Positions 27,581-40,082 of a stretch of DNA of 64,000 nt are shown here, piece by piece. Position 1 is the first letter of the stretch. The number at the start of each line of letters is the position of its first letter. The DNA is from Schmidtea polychroa (lineage: Eukaryota). The stretch is from the NCBI GenBank assembly GCA_044892525.1, contig CM097888.1:72974001-73038000 (forward strand), written 5' to 3'. Under the pieces are notes generated by a model. The model was given only the letters and a program-made list of their open reading frames with translations. It did no database searches and was not told the DNA's origin. The position numbers and the translations under genes were made by a program.

Positions 27581-28884
27581 ACATGCAAGAATTTATAATA
27601 AATGGAATATTGGTTTGAGGCTTTCAAGGATTTTGTTTATTCATATCAATAGAAATGTATTTTCAATATATTATTATTATCATTTTTTGGATAAGAGTAG
27701 ATTGATAAATATTTGTTATTATTACTTGGTCATATTTGATTTTTAAACAAATATTAATAATGGTTTCAATTTCACTTCAATTAGATTAGTAATGTTTATT
27801 CGTTATTTTTTATGTGCTCCTAGGAAAATTTAATTAAAATTCATTTGTAAAAGATATTTTAAAATTTATTGTTGGTCTTTTTAGGCTAATATAAACCATT
27901 AAAATTTTGTTAGTATGTTTCGTAAGGCTTCGGTTTGTGTAGTAAAGGGTAAAATGTAATTAATATCAATAAATCAATATTTAATGTTTTATAATATATT
28001 GATTTAATGATTAAAAATCCACACCCCCATACATACCCACACATACATATCGCCAGTTGTCAGAGATTACGGGGTGCCCAATGGAACAGGTAAAAAAGGA
28101 ATGCATTATCAATACGTGACAGGTTATAAGGTATAAAATCTGAATGCAAATTATCAGAGACGAGACAATAATTTGGAACGCGAAAAATATTTGCTACGTG
28201 AAGAATTTTCGACAAAAAGAGAGAAAATTTGGGAGAAATTTGAATTTACGAGATTTAAATTAAATTGTTGAGAATCATGAAACCGTTGAAGAAACTTGTG
28301 TATTGAATTAATAAATTATAAGCGGTTGAGAAACTTAAATCAAGTTAGAAGCAATCAGATCAATTTTGCGAATCGTCCGTTACCGGCAGTAGTCAAGTGG
28401 TTGTGTTCTTAGAGTATTATCATTATTATTGTGCTATTACGCCCGAAGGGTTGTGATAAGCATTTGAAACATTTAAGGTGTGTTGAAAATTATTATCGTT
28501 AAATTTTTTGTAATCATTGTGAAATTTATTAAAGTTTTACGTCGTTGAGATTTGTTATTGTCGGTATTAAATAACACGCTCGGAGTCAGATAAGTAATTG
28601 GCAGTTTAATAATCACCGAACAAATACAATATACCCAACAAAACCAAGTGGGTTAAAAGTGAACATCAAAATCAGTTATTTTTATCTAAATTTTGATGTG
28701 ATAAGAATGTTTTATCAAAATAAGGTATATAAAAAACGACAAAATATCAGTGATTCCAAAAAAAATATTGTACTAACATAAATAGCGTAGAAATTCCTTT
28801 GGTATCGAACACAAACATACAATCTTTAAACTGAGTAAAGTCAGCTTTTCCGTTTGTCAATCGGAGGAGATTGACAAGGACTAT

Positions 28885-28992
28885 TTTATAGTCGAAAATT
28901 TTTTCATTAAATACATTATTTGTAGCAAAAGGCTTAAATTATCACTTTATTGTTTTAAATAATAAATGCTGCTACTAAGAAATCATCACTTA
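28885..28992 (+). repeat. Dispersed repeat family B (copies about 28885-28992, 52607-52722, 59545-59612, partial about 57715-57742)
   Basis: Shared GCAAAAGG(C/T)TTAAAT.ATC..TT.ATTGTTTTAAAT...AATG.TGCTAC.AAG.AATCATCACTT. Confidence 0.8.
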
Positions 28993-29299
28993 ATAATAAT
29001 AATAATATGTTTGTTTATTATTTATTAAAGTCGGCACTGATTCTGATGCCTTGTGCTTTTTATTTTCATTGATCAAAAGAAACCTAATACAGGATAATAT
29101 ATTGAAACTCGATCAAAATCTTAGCAATTTTGTTAATCACACTTTTAATCTGTACTTTTTAACGACAAAATCAATAGAGCCTTCAATTATTTCATTATTG
29201 TTATAATTTTAGCTTTAGAAGTCATTTTTAACGCAACTTGCAGAAAATTACAAATTACAGAAAATTATGGTTTTCTCATTTTACCAGCGCTAGGGAATT

Positions 29300-29760
29300 T
29301 GATAGCCTCCAATCATTCATTTGCCCATTTATTCTTTAAATTACCTCAAAACACTCAACATTGAAATTGCTAGACATATCCAAACTCATTGGAACCTCGT
29401 CCATGCTTCCAATCTGATATTTTTCTACGCCATCTTAGTTTCCTTTATAAAAGGTTTAAAAAGTTGAAAATTTTCTTTGTCCAAATGAAGTAACAGATCT
29501 TACACATAGCTTTATTTCTATGCATAATTTAATCTAACCACTGGTCGCTTCCTTTGCTGATTTGGTAATGAAATAACTTTCAATTTTACTGATGTTGTGG
29601 AAACACTTCCACAATCCCATAGATCCAAGTCCTTAATGAAGCTTCCAAAATTTGTCAATATGCACTTCTCCCTCTTCTGCCCATTTTTATTAGGCTTCGT
29701 CGTTTGTCTTCTTCCATTCCCTAACTGAGCCTTCATTAACATTGCATACCTGTCAAGCAT
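29300..29760 (-). mobile_element. pogo (POGK-like) transposase relic
   Basis: Minus-strand YQIGSMDEVPMSLDM matches the pogo DDE-1 motif QIGNMDE(T/V)PM; upstream is a disrupted CENP-B-like region. Confidence 0.65.
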
Positions 29761-30188
29761 AACGATTACAGTAAATTGATAAATGTTGAACTATTTCAAG
29801 CTTTTTTACGATTGAATATGAATTTCTTATTCAATAATTTTCATATTAATATTTTAAGGCTATAAATAAAAACGATCATTTTGGCACAACCTTTATCAAA
29901 TGTTTTTCAGCATAAAAGAATATATAATTAAAATTTATTAAGTGTTNNNNNNNNNNNNNNNNNNNNNNNNNNNNNNNNNNNNNNNNNNNNNNNNNNNNNN
30001 NNNNNNNNNNNNNNNNNNNNNNNNNNNNNNNNNNNNNNNNNNNNNNNNNNNNNNNNNNNNNNNNNNNNNNNNNNNNNNNNNNNNNNNNNNNNNNNNNNNN
30101 NNNNNNNNNNNNNNNNNNNNNNNNNNNNNNNNNNNNNNNNNNNNNNNNNNNNNNNNNNNNNNNNNNNNNNNNNNNNNNTTATTTAAAT

Positions 30189-31102
30189 CAGGTCTTCTTA
30201 AACTATGGGTCGCGACCCCATTTGGGGTAGCCTAGCGAAATATTGGGGTCGCGAAATTTTTATACAGTAAAACCTCTACTTAAGACCACCTCCCTAAAGA
30301 GACCACCTCTAGTTAAGACCTCTATTTCTTCGGAACCAAATTTACACAGTAGTTTACTGGGACAAATAACCCTCCATAATAGGACCACCCCTCTCGTTAA
30401 GACCACTTTTCGTAAAAAATATTTTTAAAAAATATTTTAAATTTTTTAGTTTAAATATTTTTTGTTTAAATATTTTTTGTGTAAATATTTTTTTAAAATT
30501 AAAATGGGAGTAAAAAAAACGAGGAAGGAGCTTACATTGAGCGAGAAGATTTAAGCAATATAAAATTTGCATTTCTTCCTGCAAATACTACCAGCAAATC
30601 TCAGCCTTTAGACCAAGGTATAATTAGATCTTTCAAGCTGGAATATCAAAAAAGAATGCTCTCTTCATTATTGTCGTTTTATGAAACAACTGCCAATGTA
30701 GAAGAGTTGTTGAAAAAAATCAATCTCTCTAATGTTGTTGAGTTTGTAAAGGAGTCTTGGAATGCTGTTAAGCCGTCAACAGTTGAGAGCTGTTTTAAAA
30801 AATGTGGGTTCTGCTCGGATATCACGGTTAAGCCAGATATTATAACTGATATCGAACAATAAAATATCCAAATACATAAAATTGCATAATTGTCGTATGT
30901 TTTCCTACTCATTAGGCAAATGGAAATTTGTCCGTAGTGACCAACTCTGATACGTCAATTTTGTCATATGTATTTATATTATTAGTTAATTAATAAATCT
31001 TCACAAAAAATTTATATATCTTTATTTTAAATTATAAGGTGTCGCAAAAAAGGTTTACAGTCATTAATGGGGTCGCGAATGAAAAAAGTTTAAGAAGCAC
31101 TG
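30189..31102. mobile_element. hAT MITE (914 bp) containing a nested Tigger fragment
   Basis: TIRs CAGGTCTTCTTAAACT / CAGTGCTTCTTAAACT, subterminal GGGGTCGCGA repeats, perfect TSD ATTTAAAT. Confidence 0.9.
30265..30862 (+). mobile_element. Tigger/pogo deletion derivative nested in the hAT MITE
   Basis: TA followed by the CAGTAAAACCTC terminus. DDE-1 segment FLPANTTSKSQPLDQGIIRSFKLEY...SWNAVKPSTVESCFKKCGF. The right TIR was not found. Confidence 0.85.
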
Positions 31103-31644
31103 ATTTAAATATATTAACCTAATTTCTTTATTCTAAATTTTCCAAATAAAATTATTACATTTTTAATGCGATCACAAATCCTGTACAAAAAGTTCATTTT
31201 CTGCCTGTAGAAAATGAAATTTTTTTATTCGAACAAAAAATCTCCATGGAAAATAAATATACGTATTCCTATTGTAAATGTAAAATCTTGTAAAAAGAAG
31301 TAGATAATATATTTCAGTGTTTAAGCTTTTTTATCGAAAAAATTAAATAATATAAAACACTTCATTAAAACAAACTATTTAAAAAAAATGTTTAGTGTGC
31401 AAAGTTTTTTCAAGAATCGTGATTTTGGGTTGGTGTAGCCTGCTCACTCCACATTACTTACTTATTATTCTCATTCATGTTGGGAAACAGATATGATTCT
31501 GACAAATAATTGACATTAACTTATTAGCACATTTAGATTATTTCATTTATAAATAAAAGAATTCAACAATTATATATTTTTATTTCAACATTTGAGATTG
31601 GCATAAACACAAAATCTACATGGATGAAAATATTGTTAGTGCAT

Positions 31645-34600
31645 TTATTGATTTTCGCCTTCTGAAGCCTTGTGGGAATTGCTTGAAAATTTGTTCCACA
31701 TCAAATGTGATGCTTTGCAATCACCGGTGACTTTCTCAGAGAACTCATCAATATATGGATGTTGTATGATTTGGTCCAGTGATAGTCTATTTTTCGGGTT
31801 CAATACCAATATCTACACACCAATAATTCGATACTCAATTTTTTCTAGATTCGTAACACGACTAACTTTTTTGATCATATCAGTTGCATTGGGATTCACG
31901 AAGTTAGGCACCTCAAATTGTACCGATTTTATCAATTCCATTGTTCTATGTTCCGAGGGGTCTTCAAATGGAACACTTTCAGTCAGCATTTCATACAATA
32001 AAACCCCTAAACACCAAATATCGATTTCAAAAGTGTATGAATCCTGTTCAACCATTTCCGGGGCCAGATAATCTAAAGTACCACACATGGTGTTGCGACT
32101 AGTAAAAATGTTATCAATTGTGCAGATTACGGAGAGTTTAAAATTCCATTATTTGATTAAGAAGATAAGTATTGATTAGCCGGCACATTTGATTGTTTTA
32201 ATTTCAAATTACTATATAACTGAATAAATTGAAATGTTGTTCCTTTAAAGTGAACTGAATGGAATAAAAAGTGTTTGCATCATCCATCTTACATATTAAT
32301 CTCCATTTCCACTGACAGAACATATCTGGAAATCCAAGAAATTTAAAAAACTGGAAATAAGTCTGTAGACTCGATCCTAAAGCCGTGAACGGATGTTTTT
32401 GGTATCCTAGATGGGGGGGCATATTTGAAAGTGTCAATTTCTTCTAATCTCAAATATTTGGAATAGATTTTCCCGTTGTCCAATTTCATAAGATCAATAT
32501 TCGTGATTGAAATTTTTATTTCTTATAAGTACAAATTTCATAAAGGAAAATTATATCAACTCGAAAATTACATTTATTGTATTTACCAGTTGAAAATCTG
32601 AAAATCGACTAATGCCTTTTCGAAGGACATTTTTCAAGCACTACTTACCAAATAAATCTGATAAATAAAGTCTGGCAATAGCCAAAAAACCTTTCTTATG
32701 TTCAATGTGTGTCAAATACTGTGAAATAAACCGATAATAAATTCTGTACCAAAGCTTAAGTCTACACAAGAAGCCATCCCACCTATTGACGGCCTGCTCA
32801 CCGAGATCATTCGCCTTTCACAATGAGTAACTAAGGGTAATCGCCTTTATTGACACTCCCTTGAATCCGGTATCACGACATTTGGTTCACTATCTTTTCT
32901 CTGTGTCAGATAGAGACAGAATTTATGACAATGTTACTAAATTGGATAAAATTACGTATGATTGTGATCGCTATTTTCAAAGTGTTATTGCCACACAATA
33001 GTGAAGCAAATGTCAGTGAACCATTTGCCATGGATCCCTTGAATCCGCCCTAGCAGAGAATAAAATCAATGACAAAGAAGACTCGGATAAAGCAAAACAA
33101 GGCAAGAAACCAAAGATGTTGATGCTGTTCCATGTGGTAGAACATCCCCAGTCTCAATTTTAATCGTTGAAGATGAAATTAAATCTACTATTAGAATCTA
33201 AATGAATCCATAAAACGATATCTTTATAGTCATACGATAATCGGATGGAAAAAATACGGTATGTAGAAATAATAAAGTCGTTCGATGTGAATACGAAAAT
33301 GTAGCCAAATAATATCCTTTGCTTATCTAAATATATCCATTGGCAATTCATGGAACCTGTTGGAACCTGTCATGGAACCCATTAATTACCTTGACATTCT
33401 TTTAAGTAACAAAATAAAAAAAGATATTGGAACTCCCACCAAAGAAAGTTAAAAGTTTGGCAAAGATTTGTTCGGATAATGTGAGACATTATTCTCAAAA
33501 TGGATCTTAAAACTCCCAACGATAACACAACAATTTCCGAAACTTATAAAACTCCGTATTGAGGACTCAAGTNNNNNNNNNNNNNNNNNNNNNNNNNNNN
33601 NNNNNNNNNNNNNNNNNNNNNNNNNNNNNNNNNNNNNNNNNNNNNNNNNNNNNNNNNNNNNNNNNNNNNNNNNNNNNNNNNNNNNNNNNNNNNNNNNNNN
33701 NNNNNNNNNNNNNNNNNNNNNNNNNNCAAATCAGATAAAGTACGTCTTGCTATTTTTCACCATTTTGAACCCCTCTCTCCCCATGTCACAAATCTCGGAC
33801 CCCCTCCCTCCCCGTGTCACAATTCTCGGACCCCCTCTCTCCCTGTGTCACAAATCTCGGACCCCCTCTCTCCCCATGTCACAAATCTTGGACTCCTTCC
33901 CTCCCCATGTCACAAATCTTGGACTCCTTCCCTCCCCATGTCACAAATCTTGGACTCCTTCCCTCCCCATGTCACAAATCTTGGACTCCTTCCCTCCCCA
34001 TGTCACAAATCTCGGACCCCCTCTCTCCCCATGTCACAAATCTTGGACTCCTTCCCTCCCCATGTCACAAATCTCGGACCCCCTCCCTCCCCGTGTCACA
34101 AATCTCGGACCCCCTCTCTCCCCATGTCACAAATCTCGGACCCCCTCTCTCCACGTGTCACAAATCTCGGACCCCCTCTCTCCCCATGTCACAAATCTTG
34201 GACTCCTTCCCTCCCCATGTCACAAATCTCGGACCCCCTCCCTCCCCGTGTCACAAATCTCGGACCCCCTCTCTCCCCATGTCACAAATCTCGGACCCCC
34301 TCTCTCCACGTGTCACAAATCTCGGACCCCCTCTCTCCCCATGTCACAAATCTTGGACTCCTTCCCTCCCCATGTCACAAATCTTGGACTCCTTCCCCTA
34401 AAGTACGTCACATTTTCGGAAAAAAATTTTTTTAATTACCACATAATTAAAATTTATTCTAAATATAATATAACATTTTACTAACCACCTGGATGACTTA
34501 AACGGGTGATTGGTCATGAAATTTATTCATAAAAATCCTGCCGGCCTAAAATAAACATAACCATTTACCTAACCCTAGGATACTATCCCTTATTCCTCCG

Positions 34601-35664
34601 ATACGCATTTCAAGCTATTTTGACATAAAACTAATTCAAACGTTTCATAAAATTTTTGAAAATTATTTGTAAAGCTATTAAATTCTACTAAAAAAATAAA
34701 TGTGAACCGCCACAAACCGTCACATTTTCTTACACTGCCCCTGGAGCGTGACGTACCTTATGGACGGCTCCATATTGAAATATTTAGCTATTCCATAACC
34801 TATATTGATTGAACCAAATCGCCTAATCTCAATTCCACGTGATAAAATATACACCGTAATACAAAATGATATAAATAATTAAAGTTTTTTAAAAATCAAA
34901 TGTTACAACAAAATTTAAATATTATTAATTAAACTAATAAATAATTCCGAACATCAAAGTTATGAAATATAAAATCAATCTTACACCCCAGTTTTGTAGT
35001 GAACCGACCAACCGAAATCCGCTAACTTACACTGGCCTTTGGAACCAATTAGAATGTTTTCTGGTTTTATGTCGCGGTGCATTACATGTCTTTCGTGGCA
35101 GTATTTGAGAGCTAGTGCTAATTGATGCATATACTAAAATGTTGTCAGTTTTTATAATATTTATCTAATCATTACGGTAGCAGCTCGTTCATCAATATAT
35201 CTACCATATTTTTGGATATCTTGATATAACTCTCCTTTTGTTGCTAATTCAACCATCAAATAAACGCGTTCCTTATCATGAAAATAACCATAAAGCCGTA
35301 AAATATTTGGATGTCTAAACAAAAGAATATTGTAAATTAATTTAAATTTAATTGAAATTTTAAATTAACAGTAAATGTGAGTGTATTTCAATTTCTCTTT
35401 TCAGCTGATTGTGCAAATCATTTTCTTTGATATAACTTTTTCTAATCATCTAATATATTTCAATTATTTTTCCATGTATTTATAGACAGCATTACTTTGA
35501 TAGCTAAAACGAAATTATTACGCTTTTCTTTAACTAAATAGACACTGCCAAATTGACCAGAACCGATTTTCTTACCAATCTGGAAATGATCTATACACCA
35601 ATTCACAGGTCTAAAAAGAATGTAAGAATTTAATTGAGGAGAATATATGCAATTACTCGGTCAT
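31645..35664 (-). CDS. AURKA: Aurora family Ser/Thr kinase (A-like GYFHD signature; A/B orthology uncertain)
   Basis: Exons on the minus strand: 35664-35657, 35610-35496, 35449-35370, 35314-35176, 35133-34985, 32098-31867, 31812-31645; total 891 bp, all phases compatible. Motifs: [63 protein letters not shown]-terminal [13 protein letters not shown]. The 8-bp first exon (ATGACCGA) is the least certain part. Confidence 0.95.
33727..34771. mobile_element. Probable TIR element (PIF/Harbinger-like MITE) hosting the 31-bp array, in the large Aurora intron
   Basis: Left ATAAAGTACGTCTTGCT (next to a gap) vs right-end reverse complement GGAGCCGTCCATAAGGTACGTCACGCT. The superfamily assignment is inferred from TIR style only. 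Confidence 0.5.
33773..34398. repeat. 31-bp minisatellite, 20 copies
   Basis: Unit CCCCATGTCACAAATCT(C/T)GGAC(C/T)CC(C/T)TC(T/C)CT; GTCACAA recurs every 31 bp from 33785 to 34374. Confidence 0.98.
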
Positions 35665-37575
35665 AGCAAAATATCTTTTATAATTTTCTTAAAATCCAAT
35701 TATTGAAAATTTTATAAATAATTTGAAAACAATGTCTTTATGGATTACTAATATAAACAAAGATTCTTAATAAATGCAAATTCCAATTTAGAAATATATA
35801 AACCTTTATAAAATTTATGTTTAGATGAAGTTTTAATAGGAATTTAATAATGAAATTAGGATTTTAAAGTTATTTTATTAAAAATTTAAAACATTTAAGT
35901 TTTAGAAATAAGAAGTTAACTCCACGGAGTCATTTATTCTGAAATGTTTGGTAAACTGGCTCAACTGTAACCAAGAACCAGATAGTTACAAATCATCTGA
36001 ATCTATCCATTTTATCAAAAAAAAATTATGCTTAACTGTATCAATTGAACTTGGTTGTCACTCATATTGTTGCTAAATGATAGTTCTAATCATAAAAACA
36101 TGGTTATTTTCTTGTCTCATTTCATCGCAATCTGAACCACACCAAAGTTAGATCTAATGATCTTCGTAACAAAAGACTTTGATACAGTGCAATCTATGTA
36201 GCGTTCAAGACCAATGTGAGCACTATTCGATGAATGCTAAGTCTTTGAAATACCTTAAAATTCTCAAAAGTAATTTGGTGATTGTTAAGGACAAATTTGA
36301 CTAATCTTCCTAACGTTTCCTTATTTCATTCGATGAAGATTGTTTTGTTTCGAATCTTAATAACAACAACTTTGTTTAAATTTTATCTATTTTTTTTATA
36401 TTATGACCACGGTATGAAAAATAACAATGTTTATTGATTTAAAAAAGATATCTTCATGACTTCATGATAGATCATTTTTTAGTTATGAGCAATTTTTTTA
36501 AAAAATGGAAAAATATCGTATCACTATGATTTTGCGATGAGTATTTGTGTAAAATGACCTAGAATGGCAATCATTTCTCTATATTCTAAAAAAGGTCAAC
36601 CTACATTACGAATTTAAAATATAACTGATAAATAAAGACAAAAACGACACCAAATACTAATATTTATTTTTAAATACATCAAGGTCACCTAATATTTGAT
36701 AATAGAAACCATAAATTTAATGTTCTTTCCGAATTCATAAGTCCTTCAAATCTGTAGCACAGTTATTGGCCTCTCGGCACATATGATGGATCGAGGTGTG
36801 TCTATTGGTGACTGTGCCTGACTCCAAAATTTTATAACTGATTTTTTTTGCTTTATTGTACTTCTCACAAATACCAATCAGCATTTCATAGGAACTAGGC
36901 TCATATTTCTGGTCTCTGTACCAAAAGAAGCTCCACTTTACGACGAATTCACACGCATCCACCATTCTTTGGTCAAGTCTTGTGTTCGGGCAGAGCAAAA
37001 TAGTCAAAAGCAGGTAAATGTCACGGAAATTTCATCTTGCATTCGAGAAAAGTAATTACTAAATTTATAAATTATTATTACAAAATTAAATTTTAGATTT
37101 TTTAAATAAAAAATAATAAAATTTAAGATACAAATTGAAAACATGCAACCATTAGATTTTTATTTAAATATTTTGAGTTCCTTGTTTATTATACAATATT
37201 AACTGCTTCTAAATGTTTACCTATAAATATATAAGTTTCTTAAATTTAAAATTTTTTGGTTTTATTTAACGTTTTTTTAGTTATGTTTTATCGTACATTA
37301 TCTTTTTTTATCTGTGTAATGAAAGGTTTTGTAGAAGTCACTCGAAAGTCTGATTTTTAAATATAAAAAAGAAATCAAATAATATGGTTTAGCCCACGAG
37401 TGGACAACAGTTGTGGACAAAAGGTAAATTTTTCCAAACAAAATGGAGGGTCATTTTATCTCTTTGTTCTTGATTTTATTGTTAAACTATTTTCATTTAA
37501 ATAGTATTATTTATTTATTAAATATAAATTGATTGAACAAAACATAAATACATCTATTAATTTTGGTATACATTT

Positions 37576-38066
37576 ATATCCGCGCGCCCACAACCGCGCT
37601 GTTAAAATACGCTAGCAAACAATACCGCGACCTTGAAAATCGCGACTTGTGAGCAGAAAGATTACATAACAAGAAAATACATACAACTAAAATACTTACA
37701 ATCTCAATCATAATAATTTAACTATTTTAATTTATTATTATTAATAGTTTTGCTTAAATAATGTTAGGTTTTATTTTGTTTCATTTTATAGTAATTCTTT
37801 TTGATGATGTTGTTTTACAGTTTGGGGGAGAAAAATAATTAGTAGATAGGAAATGTTTGGAAAGACAAGTTAAAACTAAAAAGTTAGGAATTGAAAAGGT
37901 AATAGAAAATAGAAAAAATGAAAATGAAAGAATAAAAATAATTCATTTAATACATCACTATGACGCGCGGTTATGATCGACGCTATTATTAATAGCTCGC
38001 AGTTAGGATGGTTCCGGTTTGGAGTGCGCGTTTTTTAACGGCGTGGTATAGAGCGCGCGGTTATTA
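37576..38066. mobile_element. MITE-like element with GC-rich imperfect inverted termini
   Basis: CCGCGCGCCCACAACCGCGCTGTTAAAATACGC vs right-end reverse complement CCGCGCGCTCTATACCACGCCGTTAAAAAACGC. No clear TSD. Confidence 0.65.
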
Positions 38067-38142
38067 AAGTAAACTATTAATTTTACATGTATAAAAATAA
38101 AATATAGAAATATCATAGTTAATAGTTAATAACACAAAAAAT

Positions 38143-40082
38143 TTAATGACTAGCATAGTATCTCTTTTGATTTTCAACAATTTCCTTGATTTTGGGTGAT
38201 GGTTCGCTGGTGGTGATTCGCAATGAAGATATCAGATTTACGTTCGTCATATTGGAGCGGTAACGCGAATTAATAAATTTCATTCTTGAAAACATTGTCT
38301 CGCAAAAATAAGTAGAACCAAACATAAAGAAATTTGTTAGTTTTGAAAAATATTCACAATTTAACGATGCATAAAAGTCTATCAATTTCATTGCCTTGAA
38401 ATTTTCATTTAGGATAGAATTACTCTGTAAATTAATTCCAACTGAATCTCAGGAGAAGTCTTTTCAACTTCAAAAGAAAATGATGAAGAAACCAAAGATA
38501 AATTATCTTGCATCTTTTCGAAATCTTGAAAACGATGTAAGAATTCCCCATGTAAAATTGTACTATATTTTTCAAACTCTGATTTTGAGATTACATTTCT
38601 CAATTTCATAGTTTGAAAAAGATTTAAATTTTCATCGTGCAAATTTTTACAAAAAAAATCATAACATTGCCCGAAATTATTTTATTTATTTTAATTATTT
38701 TACATGGTCATACATGTATAAATAAACCTTTTCCCTGAAGTTTAATATTAAGGACGTTCAAAAGTTCCAATAAATCAATAGAAAAGGTTAAATCATTTAA
38801 CCACATTTTAATTCCGGAAAACTATTATTATCTTTCATTTCCAAAAAACAAAATTATTTGATCTTTTAATTCCCAAACTCCTCTTAGAACTCTCGCCAAA
38901 CTCAAACATCGTATTGTTGTATAATATGGAATATCAATATGCTCAGTTTCAATCTTCTCCATCAACGATACAAATTGGTGATGATTTAGCGCACGACGGC
39001 GAATATAATTAACAATTCATTTTACAACACTAATAACGTGGTTAAGTTTTAAAACCCCTTTGCAAAGAACTTCTTGATGAAGAATACAATGAATAAAATA
39101 TATTTCCAAATCGGGGTTTGCGGTTTTAAATTGATCATTTATATTTTTTAATAATCCAACATTTTTTCCCGATAAATACGGCTTCGTATCCGTTGTAACA
39201 TTAACAACATTTTGTAAGATAAACTTAATTTTTTAAAGCTATCATTAACTTCATTAAGCAGATCTTCATCAGTTGCAGGCCAACAAGTTCCTCTAAAACA
39301 TCAAAGTTACTGTTGATACCACGAACAAATATTGCCAATTCCTCTGTGTCTTTAATATCACAACTCGTATCTAGTGCTAGTGATGAGTACGTAAATGATT
39401 TAGGTTAATTTGCAGATGCGATAATAAATTGTCTGAAATTTCATTAATTCGTCTTACGATGGTTCGTTTTTATATCGAAATATTTTGAAAAAATGTATTT
39501 TTCTCTGGGCAAACAATATTTGCTGCTTCCACCAAACAATCTTTGAAAAATTCTCCTTTGAAAGGCTTACTGTACTTTCTAGTTTTATATGCAATTACAT
39601 AGCTACTTTTCGATATAGCAATATTCAATTTTGTTTGACCATTAAAAACTTGTTGCTGTTTTAATTTATTGGATAATTCAATAGAATTTTTTTTGTTTTC
39701 ACTTTCTGGCAATTTATCATATTTATCAGCATGCTTTGTTGAAAAAGGTCTGTTTAAATTAAATTCTTTAAAAACAGCCACATTGTCATTACAAATTAAA
39801 CAAACAGCTTTGGCATCACAGATGATAAAAAAAATTTGTGCAATCCATTTTTCTTTGAATATTCTCTGCTCAGCATCGAATTTTCTTTAAAGTTTCCTTT
39901 AATTTTATAAATTTTAATTATTAAACGTGATTTTCGCTTTAATATTTTTAAGTTGCTCTTAAATTGTGTTATAATATATGAAATTGTAAGACTTTAAAAA
40001 AAGAAATGGTTATTTATGAATAAGGTTCTTTTTGGGGGCGAGGGACACATAACGTTTTGAACTAAAATTTTGAACAACCCTA
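38143..40082 (-). mobile_element. hAT transposon relic, SPIN/GTF2IRD2-like
   Basis: N-terminal ...IAVFKEFNLNRPFSTKHADKY, core LHGEFLHRFQDF, C-terminal MFGSTYFCETMFSRMKFINSRYRS...YYASH*. Possible 5' TIR TAGGGTTGTTCAAA ends at about 40082. Confidence 0.85.

Noticed and set aside
28050-28700. Mixed-composition segment resembling a solo LTR
   Set aside because: I could not define TG...CA ends with a TSD or find a second copy.
31670-32071. 133-aa plus-strand ORF
   Set aside because: Antisense shadow of the Aurora exons.
33747-34484. Three long overlapping Pro/Ser-rich ORFs (195-245 aa)
   Set aside because: Artefact of the stop-free 31-bp tandem repeat (31 is not divisible by 3, so frames rotate) inside an Aurora intron.
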